A stretch of 63,897 bases of DNA, counting the filler, from Octopus bimaculoides (Eukaryota): the NCBI RefSeq assembly GCF_001194135.2. It is 7 parts of 6 records of this genome, joined end to end, with 100 filler letters (N's around TTAATTAATTAA, not from the genome) between each part and the next. Parts side by side here need not be neighbours in the genome. Positions count along the whole stretch, not along the records: positions 6,530 to 22,357 come from NC_069008.1; 6 more parts are not named here. One strand, written 5' to 3'. How positions within the stretch are numbered: the stretch's first letter is position 1; each line of letters begins with the position of its first letter. A program made the translations under genes and the position numbers. Of the stretch, positions 12,001 through 21,797 are shown in pieces. The notes below the pieces were generated by a model, which was not told the origin of the DNA, ran no database searches, and worked only from the letters and a program-made list of their open reading frames with translations.

Positions 12001-15000
12001 ATAGCAAAGAGAATAAGAAGGAAATGATGTTGGAGGAGGAAAGAATAAGAAATAGGCGCAGGAGTGGCTGTGTGGTAAGTAGCTTGCTTACCAACCACAT
12101 GGATCTGGGTTCAGTCCCACTGCATGGCACCTTGGGCAAGTGNNNNNNNNNNAGTCCCACTGCATGGCACCTTGGGCAAGTGTCTTCTACTATAGCCTTG
12201 GGCCGACCAAAGCCTTGTGAGTGGATTTGGTAGATGGAAACTGAAAGGTACAAGGTAAATATGAGAGACAGAATAGTGAAAAGTGAACTTGGTCTGATCT
12301 CTTATTACCTGGTGGTACCTTATTAGTGATGAACTTACCTTTTCTATGGGTGCATAGGTATTGGTCACTGCCTTCTCTGAATACAACACAGAATTGGGTT
12401 TCTCCTTCTCGATAGTTCTGCAAGTAGGAATTACCAGGAAGGATTTATACATAACAGAATACTGGATACTCTAGAAGTATCAAACTGGCATAAAGCGAAA
12501 TCGTGATGGCACCTGTGCCCAGCGTCGCCTTCCTGGCACTTGTGCCGATGCCAAATCAGATTGGAGCCTGGTGCAGCCATTTGGTTCGCCAGTACTCAGT
12601 CAAATCATCCAACCCATGCTAGCATGGAAAGCGGACGTTAAACGATGATGATGATGATGATACATACAGGTGAACAGTCAGAATCATTAGCACACTGGGA
12701 AAGATGCTTAGCAATACTTCATCAGGAGTAAAGATTGTTTGCCAACATAACATGGCTGTCCTTCCTGGTTTAGGACAAATGTTGCTGTAATTTAGCCCCA
12801 GGAGACATCGTCTCCAGCTGGCTATATGACACGATCTGTGTCCTTATATTTTTGAACAAGGGAATCTAGCACTTCAGCTCAGTTGATAGATTTGTATGCA
12901 TGTGTGTGCATGTGAGTGTTTTTTTTTTTTTTATGCCATAAGAATTTAGAAACTGAGATAATGTGAAGTAGTTCTTATTTGGACTGGTGCAACTCAAAGC
13001 AGATAAAGCTATAAATGATAGCATGTGAATATTGGGTTACTCACACATGCACACATACACACACACATATATATACACACTTATATGAAGTTCATGGCGA
13101 GTATCTTCTTCTATAGCACTAGACCAATCAAAGCCTTGTGAATGGATTTGGTGGAAGGAAACTGAAAGAAGCCCGTTATGTATAAAAATATATATGTTTG
13201 TGTGTGTAAGCATATGCAGCTGTTCACACGCACACACGCGCGCATACATATACATCTGGATATTGAGCTTATAATTACTCCCTTTTCTGTATGGAGCCTC
13301 ATACATAGTATGTATATGCATGACTGGTTTGGCAATATTTGGTGTAGTGGCAGTCATCACTCTATCTCTGGAATGTACAGAGATGATGGGTAAACAATTT
13401 AATACAATGAGACAGCCATGCTACAGACAGATTGAGAAAAATTTAATAACAGGTTAAGAAATTTGATTACTGATAGTTAATTTCCAAACTTAATTGTTGC
13501 AGTCTGGAGAGTTAGGTGGCGAGATGATAGGGTTGATGTGATTGCAGAGATTGTCTGACAGCCACGACTGTGTGGCATGGTACAGAGTCCTGTTGTCTTC
13601 TAGCAGCCACCCTGTTCACTCAGGGTAGCACTACCTCCTCCCGGCACTTGATGTAGGCCTCCATGTTGAGTGTGAGGCTGTGAAGGAAGATGAATGGAGG
13701 TGTAAGATTGCCATCACTAGTGATCACTCCAAGCACCATGATGTTGACTAGATATTTGATTTTTATCACACTCGGAACATGTTTTGGGGATATAGCAAGC
13801 AAATGATTGTTCTGTGTGTTCACCATCTGTTTGTATTGCAGTTTCTGGTGTGAATGCCAACCAGTACAGCATATCGTTTCGATATTTCTGGCAGAGTGAA
13901 TTGCATCATGATGCTGTTTTTCTTACAGACAGTGCCCAATTGAACCTACTATACTGTGTAGTTAACAAAATCAAAAACAAACAATGTGCATGCACGAAAT
14001 TAAAAATATAAATTGGTGACAATTTACCCATCACACCCTGTATATATATATACGAATTTATATGTACATGTATGTATATATATGTATATATATAAGTCAT
14101 ATTAAAATAGTGTTGTTTAAACCACTACTTGTAACTTACTTCTCAATATTGTCAGACAGTACGGTCACTTCAATACCTTTATTTTTCGCACCATTTTCAA
14201 TTTCATGGTAGAGTGTAGGGGACATCAAACATTCGGCACTCTGGTTCACTTTTGAGGGAGCGATCCAAAAGTCGACCTAGTCATGTTATTGGGACAGAGG
14301 TAAGAAGAAGAAAAACAAAATTTATAATGAGAAATTTATAATGTTAATAAAAAAGAGGAAGCATAAACGAATGATAACAAAGCAAAAATGCTTTCAAAAT
14401 CATTTTTTCTTGTAGCATTTAAGTACTTTTTATCTTGGTTTCAAGTTTCATCCAATATTCAAATGGGCACACACACACGCATGCATGTACACACACACAG
14501 ATACAGACACACACATTTTTGTCATTGTCTTGTGTGTTTGTTAGCTGTTCCCAGTGGAATTTCACTACTGGCGTCACCAAAACGAAATAATATCAATGCT
14601 AATGAGGAATTAGTTACAGATTTTCTGTTTATGTTTTTGTAAAATTTTGTGTTGCATTTTTGTTATATTTTTAAAATAACACACACACACACACACACAT
14701 ATATATATTTATACTCTCTTTACTCTTTCTCTCTTTTACTTGTTTCGGTCATTTGAATGCGGCCATGCTGGAGCACCACCTTTAGTCAAGCAAATCGACC
14801 CCAGGACTTATTCTTTGTAAGCCTAGTACTTATTCTATCGGCCTTTTTTGCCAAACCGCTAAGTTACAGGGACGTAAACACGCCAGCATCGGTTGTCAGG
14901 TTCCAGTTATTTTTGGGTGCCCCTTGTATATATATATTTTACAAACAAACCTTGGAAGCATCGATTGTAGTTGGTATTTTACAGACAAGTAAATTTTGAA

Positions 15001-15902
15001 CACAATGAAACTGTAAGAACGGCAGAGAAAGATTAGGTATTTGCTCTTATTAGCTGGGAAAAAGTTGGCAGCAGCTGGAAGCTGACAACCTTTTTCCATC
15101 TTATAAGGGTAAATACCCAATGTTTCTCTTGTTCTTACAGTTTTACTGCATTCGAAATTCACTTTCTTGTCTGTAAAATATATATATATATTTACATAGA
15201 GAATGGAGAAACAAACACAGGAAGAAGCAGGTCGATTGCGCTAGTTAGCCATTAATTTAATCAATTAGGTAGTGTTTCTCCATTCTCTACATCATCATCA
15301 TTGTTTAACGTCCGCTTTCCATGCTAGCATGGGTTGGACGACTTGACTGAGGACTGGTGAAACCAGATGGCTACACCAGGCTCCAATCTGATTTGGCAGA
15401 GTTTCTACAGCTGGATGCCTTTCCTAACGCCAACCACTTCGAGAGTGTAGTGGGTGCTTTTTACATGCCACCGGCACGAAGGCCAGTCAGGTAGTACTGG
15501 CAACGGCCACGCTCGAAATGGTGTACTTTACGTGCCACCTGCACAAGAGCCAGTCCACATGATTATACTTATAAACTATAGTTTACACAATAAATAACCT
15601 GCCTCTGGATACCTTCTAACAAAGACGGTACCCACACAGGTAATCTCCAGGAGTAGCTTCGGATTTAATTATCCCTTAGTTGCTTAAACACTTCTAGCCT
15701 ATCTCTTGAATGTTTAAACAACCCTAACTTATACCTATATATATATTTATGTACACACACACACACACAGATATATAGGCATAGAATAAGAAAGAGGAAA
15801 GAAAGGATGAAAGATGAGGAAGACAAAGAGAAAAGAGGAATACAGCTAAATAAAAATACAGAGGGAAAAATAAAAGATGAATAACAACAATGCCATCAAC
15901 GA

Positions 15903-15933
<31 letters not shown>

Positions 15934-18900
15934 ACAATAAAAGGCAAGTTAGAAGAACAAAATGGCATAAAACTTGCATGGACATACCTCTTGAGGATTA
16001 TTCTTGTCAAGAGACTTCAATTGTGCTAATCCAGTATCTGTTTGAGGAACAACCTTCAACAAATGATAACTACAGAAGGAATAAAAGAAGAGAGAATTAA
16101 AAAATTAAAAATTTTGCTAACGATTTGTATTGATTGCTTTAGTTTTGCACAATAGGTACAGGTGTGGCTGTGTGTTAAGAAGCCTGCTTCTGGACCACAT
16201 CGTTCCGGGTTCAGTCCCGCTGTGTGTAACACCTTGGGCAAGTGTCTTCTACTATAACCCCAGGCTGAGCAAATGGACTGTGAATGGACTTGCTAGATGG
16301 AAACTGAAAGTCCATTGTATGTGTATATACAGGTACGAAACCTCTTATTTGGCAACCTTAGGACTGGAGGTGGTCTGGATTTCTGGATTTTCCAGATTTG
16401 TGAACACAGGTTAAATATATACCAAAAATATAAAATAAATAACGAAAAATGAAGAACAAAATTGTATAACATATACAAATTAATACATTTCTAAAGCGGG
16501 ATTTGTTTAATCTTTATTATTTAAAACTCTTGAAATATAGAATACTGAACCACATATAATATATAGAATGAAAAATAAACAAAGTAGGCGTAGGAGTGGC
16601 TGTGTGGTAAGTAGCTTGCTTACGAACCACATGGTTCCGGGTTCAGTCCCACTGTGTGGCACCTTGTGCAAGTGTCTTCTACTATAGCCTCAGGCCGACC
16701 AAAGCCTTGCGAGTGGATTTGGTAGATACCGGGCATATAAAAACATGTGTAAACTGACATATAAACATGGTAAATGTAGCTATTTCTCCATAGACTGAAG
16801 AGCCAAACATCGTTAATTAATTCTCGGCCATTAATTGGAGCCTCATTAGAGGTGTCTCTATCACTTGACAACTCTCAGAAAAACGAGTTGCCATTCTGTT
16901 TATATAAAGATGAAATCCAGTGGCTGCAGGGAACTGGGGCAACTAATCTGGATATCATTAGTGTTAAATGCTTCATTAGTGGTCTGCCAACGGGGAACTC
17001 ATTTCACACAAAGTTCATTCAAGCATTTGGTAACCTACTTGGCACTCACCTGTTTCAACTCAGTGGATTTCTACCTCTACAACAGCACAAGAGACGAGAC
17101 TTTTACTACTACTACAGTCACCTTCTTCAACACTGCCATTATTTTCGTTTCAATGATTGGCCATGATTTCCATGACAATTATGGCTATGTCCAGCTAAGT
17201 GCCTTCCAAAATTGTACTCATCCGTTCATTAAAATTTTGCAAAATAAGCAAACACACAGGTGCAGGTGTGCCTATAGAGGCAGTGATGTGGCTGGGAGGT
17301 TTAGAAGTTTGCCTTCCCAACTACATGGTTCTGGGTTCAGTCCCACTGTGTGGCACCTCGGGCAAGTATCTTCTATTATAGTCTGAGCCGTCTAAGGGAT
17401 AAATGTATCTGTAGGCACTACTGGCGTATTACCTAACTATGTATAGGCCTTGCTGTAATGTTAACAGTAGTTGGTAATTTAAATGGGAGACAATGGTTTT
17501 ATATATTCAGATAAGAGAAGAAAAGGAGCAACAATTAACGAAGGTTGGTCTTTGGTATTAAAAGGTCATAGTTTAATTGTAAAGAAATGGAGCAATAATT
17601 AACAGTTAGAAGTTGAGCATTACTACTAAAAGGTCTAGTTTAATTGTAGTTTAACTACAATTAAACTATAACCTTTTAATACCAATGATCAACTTCTAAC
17701 TGTTAATTGTTGCTCCATATTTTTTCTTATATATATATATATATATATATATATACGAGGCGATGACTATTGACCGAGACCTTTAGAAATGTGCTGTGCC
17801 AAGTGAGATCATTGCCAGTGCCCCTGGACTGGCTCTTGTGCGGGTGGCACATAAGATGTACCATCCTGAGCGTGACCGTTGCCAGTACCGCCTGACTGGC
17901 CTTGTAGGGTTTTCGAGCGAGATCATTGCCAGTGCCCCTGGACTGGCTCTTGTGCGGGTGGCACATAAAAGACACCATTTCGAGCGTGGCCGTTTNNNNN
18001 NNNNNNNNNNNNNNNNNNNNNNNNNNNNNNNNNNNNNNNNNNNNNNNNNNNNNNNNNNNNNNNNNNNNNNNNNNNNNNNNNNNNNNNNNNNNNNNNNNNN
18101 NNNNNNNNNNNNNNNNNNNNNNNNNNNNNNNNNNNNNNNNNNNNNNNNNNNNNNNNNNNNNNNNNNNNNNNNNNNNNNNNNNNNNNNNNNNNNNNNNNNN
18201 NNNNNNNNNNNNNNNNNNNNNNNNNNNNNNNNNNNNNNNNNNNNNNNNNNNNNNNNNNNNNNNNNNNNNNNNNNNNNNNNNNNNNNNNNNNNNNNNNNNN
18301 NNNNNNNNNNNNNNNNNNNNNNNNNNNNNNNNNNNNNNNNNNNNNNNNNNNNNNNNNNNNNNNNNNNNNNNNNNNNNNNNNNNNNNNNNNNNNNNNNNNN
18401 NNNNNNNNNNNNNNNNNNNNNNNNNNNNNNNNNNNNNNNNNNNNNNNNNNNNNNNNNNNNNNNNNNNNNNNNNNNNNNNNNNNNNNNNNNNAAAAATACC
18501 ATATATATTTATATATATATATATGGGCTTCTTTCAGTTTTCGTCTACCAAATCCACTCACAAGGCTTTGGTCGGCCCGAGGCAATAGTAGAAGACACTT
18601 GTCCACGGTGTCACGCAGTGGGACTGAACCCGGAACCATCAATCTGAGCAAAATCGCAGTCGTTGCAGGTTCTGGTGTCATGCAAATTGGCATTCATGCC
18701 AGTGACATGTAAATGGCACCCGTACTGGTGGCGCATAAAAGCATCCATTACACTCTCGGAGTGGTTGGCATTAGGAAGGGCATCCAGCCATAGAAAACCG
18801 TGCCAAATTAGACTGAAGCCTGGTGCAGCCTTCCAGTGTGCCAGCTCAGTCAAAAAGTCCAACCCATACCAGCATGGACAACGGACGTTAAATGATGATG

Positions 18901-19921
18901 ATGATGATGTATATGTATGTATGTATATAGGATATAATGTGTATGTATGTGTGTATAATTGTGTGTACGTGTGGGAAGGGCAGCTGATTGGGAATTCATT
19001 ACAGCATCAGACAGGGTGCCTTGCAGTATTTGTTTTACTTTTTTGGCCTAAGTCCAAATCCTGCCAAGACCCCACATGGGCAGCACGCCTAACCTTTCGT
19101 CCAATTTAAGACTATCATGTGGAGCTTTGGTTACCTTTAGCAAAGGCCATTATGTTGCAATGATTGGGGCTAAGTTCCCAGCTTGGAAAATAACGATCCT
19201 ATCTCCCATCCACTAATCATGTGGCCCCCACCACTGTGCCGTGTGAAACACTCTGCCCTCCATTCCTGACTACAAGATGAAGAGAAAATAATGTTGTTGT
19301 TGTTGTTGTTGGCACTCCATTGCTTACAACGTCAAGGGTTCCAGTTGATCTGATCAACGGAACAGCCTGCTCGTGAGATTAACGTGCAAGTGGCTGAACA
19401 CTCCACAGACACGTGTACCCTTAATGTAGTTCTCAGAGGATATTCAGCATGACACAGAGTGTGACAAGGCTGACCCTTTGAATTACAGGCACAACAGAAA
19501 CAGGAAGAAAGAGTGAGAGAGAAAGTTGTGGTGAAAGAGTACAGCAGGGTTCACCACCATCCCCTGCTGGACCCTCGTGGAGCTTTTTAGGTGTTTTTGC
19601 TCAATAAACACTCACAACGCCCGGTCTGGGAATCGAAACCGCGATCCTATGACCGCGAGTCCGTTACCCTAACCACTGGGCCATTGCGCCTCCACTAAAC
19701 ACTCACAACACCCGATCTGGGAATCGAAACTGCGATCCTATGACCACGAGCCCGCTGCCCTAACCACTGGGCCATTGCGCCTCCACCAAGATAAAATAAA
19801 TTGCAATACAAATAAACAAAATTAAATAAATTTAAAAAATAGAATAAAAATGGACTTACTTTGTGTATTTCTTACTTTCTGCCAACGACAGGCAAAACAG
19901 GAATAATATAAACACCTTCAT
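7949..19921 (-). CDS. M14A zinc carboxypeptidase (CPA/CPB-like) preproenzyme, 8 exons, 3'-partial
   Basis: Spliced translation of 760 nt: MKVFILFLFCLSLAESKKYTNYHLLKVVPQTDTGLAQLKSLDKNNPQEVDFWIAPSKVNQSAECLMSPTLYHEIENGAKNKGIEVTVLSDNIEKTIEKEKPNSVLYSEKAVTNTYAPIEKIVELIKGYAEQYSHVSLKHYGKSYEHRNLYAIKFSVGPGRQTIIVEAGMHSREWIAIASTLKVIESFATRRNVNREVTELLESYDWLFVPVTNPDGYHMTHTEDRMWRKNMRPHTRRCTGTDLNRNFDALWGG. All introns are GT-AG and all phases match. Motifs DFW (propeptide), GxSYExR, GxHxREW, NPDGY, WRK and DLNRNF are diagnostic of family M14A. Confidence 0.95.
8345..8727 (-). mobile_element. tRNA-derived SINE family A
   Basis: Colinear with 1189-1573; lies in carboxypeptidase intron 7. Confidence 0.9.
8805..8915 (-). 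CDS. Carboxypeptidase exon 7 (YDWLFVPVTNPDGY)
   Basis: Acceptor TCTTTTAACAG, donor GAG|GTATAC, 111 nt, phase 0 to 0. Confidence 0.96.
9085..9275 (-). mobile_element. Penelope-like-type repeat fragment with hammerhead-like motif (9176-9212)
   Basis: Reverse strand reads TCTTT-CTGTTGA-A-GAGC-GTA-GCTC-GAAA-CGTC-AAAGA; homologous to 38040-38200. Confidence 0.5.
9282..9950 (+). mobile_element. Internally deleted or chimeric Tc1/mariner-superfamily element, ORF 9378-9845
   Basis: N-terminal HTH region (RTPEFIQQ...PRKSMRS...HVSEGTVRNVVHEDI) fused in frame to a Tc1-type C-terminus (EKWAEI...SIPKRV...KGMSTKC); no DDE core. Confidence 0.8.
10050..10148 (-). CDS. Carboxypeptidase exon 6 (zinc-binding GMHSREWI)
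   Basis: Acceptor TTTCAAACAG, donor AGC|GTAAGA, 99 nt; H69/R71/E72 equivalents (bovine CPA numbering). Confidence 0.96.
10458..10816 (+). mobile_element. SINE family B (runs into gap)
   Basis: Head GGTGCAGGAGTGGCTGTGTGG; colinear with 54987-55390. Confidence 0.9.
11420..11790 (+). mobile_element. Decayed Penelope-like remnant with degenerate hammerhead-like motif
   Basis: GCAG-CTGATGA-A-GGAAT-A-ATTCC followed by a corrupted GAAA segment at 11664-11703. Confidence 0.3.
11900..11998 (-). CDS. Carboxypeptidase exon 5 (IVELIK...GKSYEHRNLYAIK)
   Basis: Acceptor TCTCTTTGCTATAG, donor AAG|GTAAGT, 99 nt, phase 0 to 0; GxSYExR motif. Confidence 0.95.
12055..12247 (+). mobile_element. SINE family B, 5' half
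   Basis: Same head; contains a 10-N gap with a duplicated overlap. Confidence 0.85.
12339..12417 (-). CDS. Carboxypeptidase exon 4 (propeptide/mature junction, TIEKEKP...YAPIEK)
   Basis: Acceptor CCTACTTGCAG, donor AAG|GTAAGT, 79 nt, phase 2 to 0. Confidence 0.92.
12549..12660 (+). mobile_element. Family C repeat, 3' end
   Basis: CCATGCTAGCATGGAAAGCGGACGTTAAAC(GAT)n. Confidence 0.85.
13378..14040 (-). mobile_element. Internally deleted maT/DD37D-like transposon
   Basis: TIRs CAG(GGTG/AGA)TGATGGGTAAA with TA flanks; remnants MQFTLPEISKRYA, IMVLGVITSDG..PPFIF and QQDSVPCHT..PPNSPDCN. Confidence 0.8.
14140..14276 (-). CDS. Carboxypeptidase exon 3 (propeptide, VDFWIAPS...SDNIE)
   Basis: Acceptor GACTAG, donor AA|GTAAGT, 137 nt, phase 0 to 2; DFW motif of the M14 activation peptide. 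Confidence 0.95.
14711..14898 (-). mobile_element. SINE family B, 3' half
   Basis: Matches the 3' module and tail of 4399-4600. Confidence 0.85.
14975..15180. mobile_element. Fold-back MITE-like element
   Basis: ~45-50-bp imperfect terminal inverted repeats TATTTTACAGACAAG...AAACTGTAAGAAC. Confidence 0.7.
15197..15289. mobile_element. 93-bp MITE-like element
   Basis: Perfect 17-bp inverted repeat TAGAGAATGGAGAAACA/TGTTTCTCCATTCTCTA. Confidence 0.6.
15290..15556 (-). mobile_element. Family C repeat
   Basis: Same tail; extends into the internal GCCAGT...ACTGGC repeat units. Confidence 0.85.
15988..16069 (-). CDS. Carboxypeptidase exon 2 (propeptide, YHLLKVVPQ...NNPQE)
   Basis: Acceptor TTCCTTCTGTAG, donor GAG|GTATGT, 82 nt, phase 2 to 0. 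Confidence 0.92.
16154..16325 (+). mobile_element. SINE family B, diverged 5' half
   Basis: GGTTCAGTCCC...CCTTGGGCAAGTGTCTTC. Confidence 0.8.
16587..16727 (+). mobile_element. SINE family B, 5' half
   Basis: GGCGTAGGAGTGGCTGTGTGG head. Confidence 0.85.
16850..17240 (-). mobile_element. Possible highly decayed mariner transposase fragment
   Basis: LKQVSAK*VTKCLN resembles the mariner VSARWVP motif; many stops. Confidence 0.3.
17279..17390 (+). mobile_element. SINE family B, diverged 5' fragment
   Basis: B box and CORE-like segment. Confidence 0.75.
17526..17716. repeat. ~62-bp module in direct-direct-inverted arrangement
   Basis: GGAGCAA(C/T)AATTAAC...AAAAGGT..TAGTTTAATTGTA at 17526 and 17589, inverted copy at 17653-17716. 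Confidence 0.8.
17756..17995 (+). mobile_element. Family C 5' region: probable RTE-type LINE ORF end plus 114-bp tandem units
   Basis: Begins EAMTIDRDL*KCAV (resembles an RTE C-terminus); units start at 17805 and 17919. Confidence 0.6.
18524..18640 (-). mobile_element. SINE family B fragment
   Basis: Reverse complement of the family B 5' half. Confidence 0.85.
18700..18908 (+). mobile_element. Family C repeat, diverged
   Basis: GTTGGCATTAGGAAGGGCATCC...GGACGTTAAAT(GAT)n. Confidence 0.8.
19292..19786 (-). mobile_element. tRNA-derived SINE family A with duplicated head
   Basis: Full copy at 19292-19695 plus a second ~91-bp tRNA head at 19696-19786. Confidence 0.9.
19860..19921 (-). CDS. Carboxypeptidase exon 1 (signal peptide MKVFILFLFCLSLAESKKYT)
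   Basis: ATG at 19921, hydrophobic signal peptide, donor AA|GTAAGT (phase 2, matches exon 2). An upstream in-frame ATG at 19945 is also possible. Confidence 0.85.
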
Positions 19922-19971
19922 GCCTTGACTTCGTCTGCGATTCATGGGCGAACTACAATATTGATGTTATG

Positions 19972-19978
19972 TTATATA
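19972..19978 (-). promoter_or_regulatory. Candidate TATA box (TATATAA) of the carboxypeptidase gene
   Basis: Lies about 50 nt upstream of the signal-peptide ATG. It abuts a microsatellite, so it could be a chance match. Confidence 0.4.
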
Positions 19979-20340
19979 TAGTGTGTGTGTATGTGTATGT
20001 GTCTGTGTTTGTGTGTGTGTGTGTGTTTGCATATATGTATGTATGTATGTGTGCATTAATGCCTTTATGACTTTAATGTCAGAATTGTTCTTAAATGACT
20101 AAGGCCAAAGGACGCTTGGTCACTTACATAACTTGCCGTTTGCAACAAAGGGAACAATCGTCTTTGTGTGTGTGTGTGTGACTGTAAATGAGTGTGTATG
20201 GAAATGTATGTTTATATACAAAGGAGTAAACAACCACACACACATACGCACACACATATATACTTACATAATGGTATGTGCATTTATATATATGTGTGTA
20301 TGTGAGTGTATATGCATGTGAGTGTATATGCATGTGTTTG

Positions 20341-20374
<34 letters not shown>

Positions 20375-20627
20375 TGTATATATATATATATGTACATATA
20401 TTAATGGATATATTGTGGGGGATTTCTTTGTATAGATACACACACAATACACAAACAAATGTATGTATATTTGCCTTTAAATGTATATGCATATATTTCT
20501 ATAGCTGTAAAGACGTATTGAAAGACAGATAGACATACAAACACACACACACACACACAAATGAAGATATACAATGGAGATGCTAATTCACCAACCCACG
20601 CATCTGTTGGTGTATGTATATACAAAC

Positions 20628-20661
<34 letters not shown>

Positions 20662-21246
20662 NNNNNNNNNNNNNNNNNNNNNNNNNNNNNNNNNNNNNNN
20701 NNNNNNNNNNNNNNNNNNNNNNNNNNNNNNNNNNNNNNNNNNNNNNNNNNNNNNNNNNNNNNNNNNNNNNNNNNNNNNNNNNNNNNNNNNNNNNNNNNNN
20801 NNNNNNNNNNNNNNNNNNNNNNNNNNNNNNNNNNNNNNNNNNNNNNNNNNNNNNNNNNNNNNNNNNNNNNNNNNNNNNNNNNNNNNNNNNNNNNNNNNNN
20901 NNNNNNNNNNNNNNNNNNNNNNNNNNNNNNNNNNNNNNNNNNNNNNNNNNNNNNNNNNNNNNNNNNNNNNNNNNNNNNNNNNNNNNNNNNNNNNNNNNNN
21001 NNNNNNNNNNNNNNNNNNNNNNNNNNNNNNNNNNNNNNNNNNNNNNNNNNNNNNNNNNNNNNNNNNNNNNNNNNNNNNNNNNNNNNNNNNNNNNNNNNNN
21101 NNNNNNTGTCTCACAGAAGTATGTACAACCATGATAAATTGCAGTAAAATTACCATTACTCTGTATAATATATTTTATTCTGTATAAATTTCGTTTGATT
21201 TCCTTCGATATTATCAGAAAAATGGAAATTTTACTGAAATCATTTA

Positions 21247-21408
21247 TGTGTGTGTGTGTGTTTGTTCCTCCAACATCGCTTGACAACCGATGCTGGTGTG
21301 TTTACGTCCCCGTAACTTAGCGGTTCGGCAAAAAGAGACCGATAGAATAAGTACCAGGCATCCAAAGAATAAGTCCTGGGGTTCGATTTGCTCGACTAAA
21401 GGTGGTGC
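21247..21408 (+). mobile_element. SINE family B, 3' half
   Basis: CATCGCTTGACAACCGATGCTGG...CGACTAAAGG module. Confidence 0.82.
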
Positions 21409-21797
21409 CACACAAACACACACATACAGTGGTGCCATTTACTTTAAGACTGCTCGTATACTAATGTTACAATGGCATTTTTTACATATTCAAGCTACAA
21501 TTAATCACAGTGGTCACGATAATTAAAATTTATTCTTAATTAAAAATAAATGTTGATGCTACGCTGTGAAGTCGTATACCGTATCAAAGCGTGTGAATTC
21601 ACAATTTACAACTTGAATATATAAAAAATGCCATTTTAACATTAGTATACTAGCGTTCTTAAATTAAACAGCACTACTGTATATACATATACATACACCC
21701 ATTATTTATAAATACATAATACAACTAAAGTAAATAGTTGGTAAGTCCCTGTTGGGGTTTTGCTATTTTGTAATGTTAGTTGTTTGATCAACAGGTC

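Noticed and set aside
12113-12182. 30-bp direct repeat around a 10-N gap
   Set aside because: Unmerged contig overlap inside a SINE.
17050-17076. 27-nt segment with good acceptor and donor in intron 1
   Set aside because: Stops in all three frames; overlaps a probable decayed mariner fragment.
17805-17995. CRISPR-like regularly spaced palindromic repeats
   Set aside because: The intervening sequence is repeated too (no unique spacers), there are no cas genes, and the context is eukaryotic retroelement DNA.
19871-19876. Alternative exon 1 donor (GAAA|GTAAGA)
   Set aside because: It gives phase 1, which is incompatible with exon 2; the GTAAGT donor at 19859 fits.
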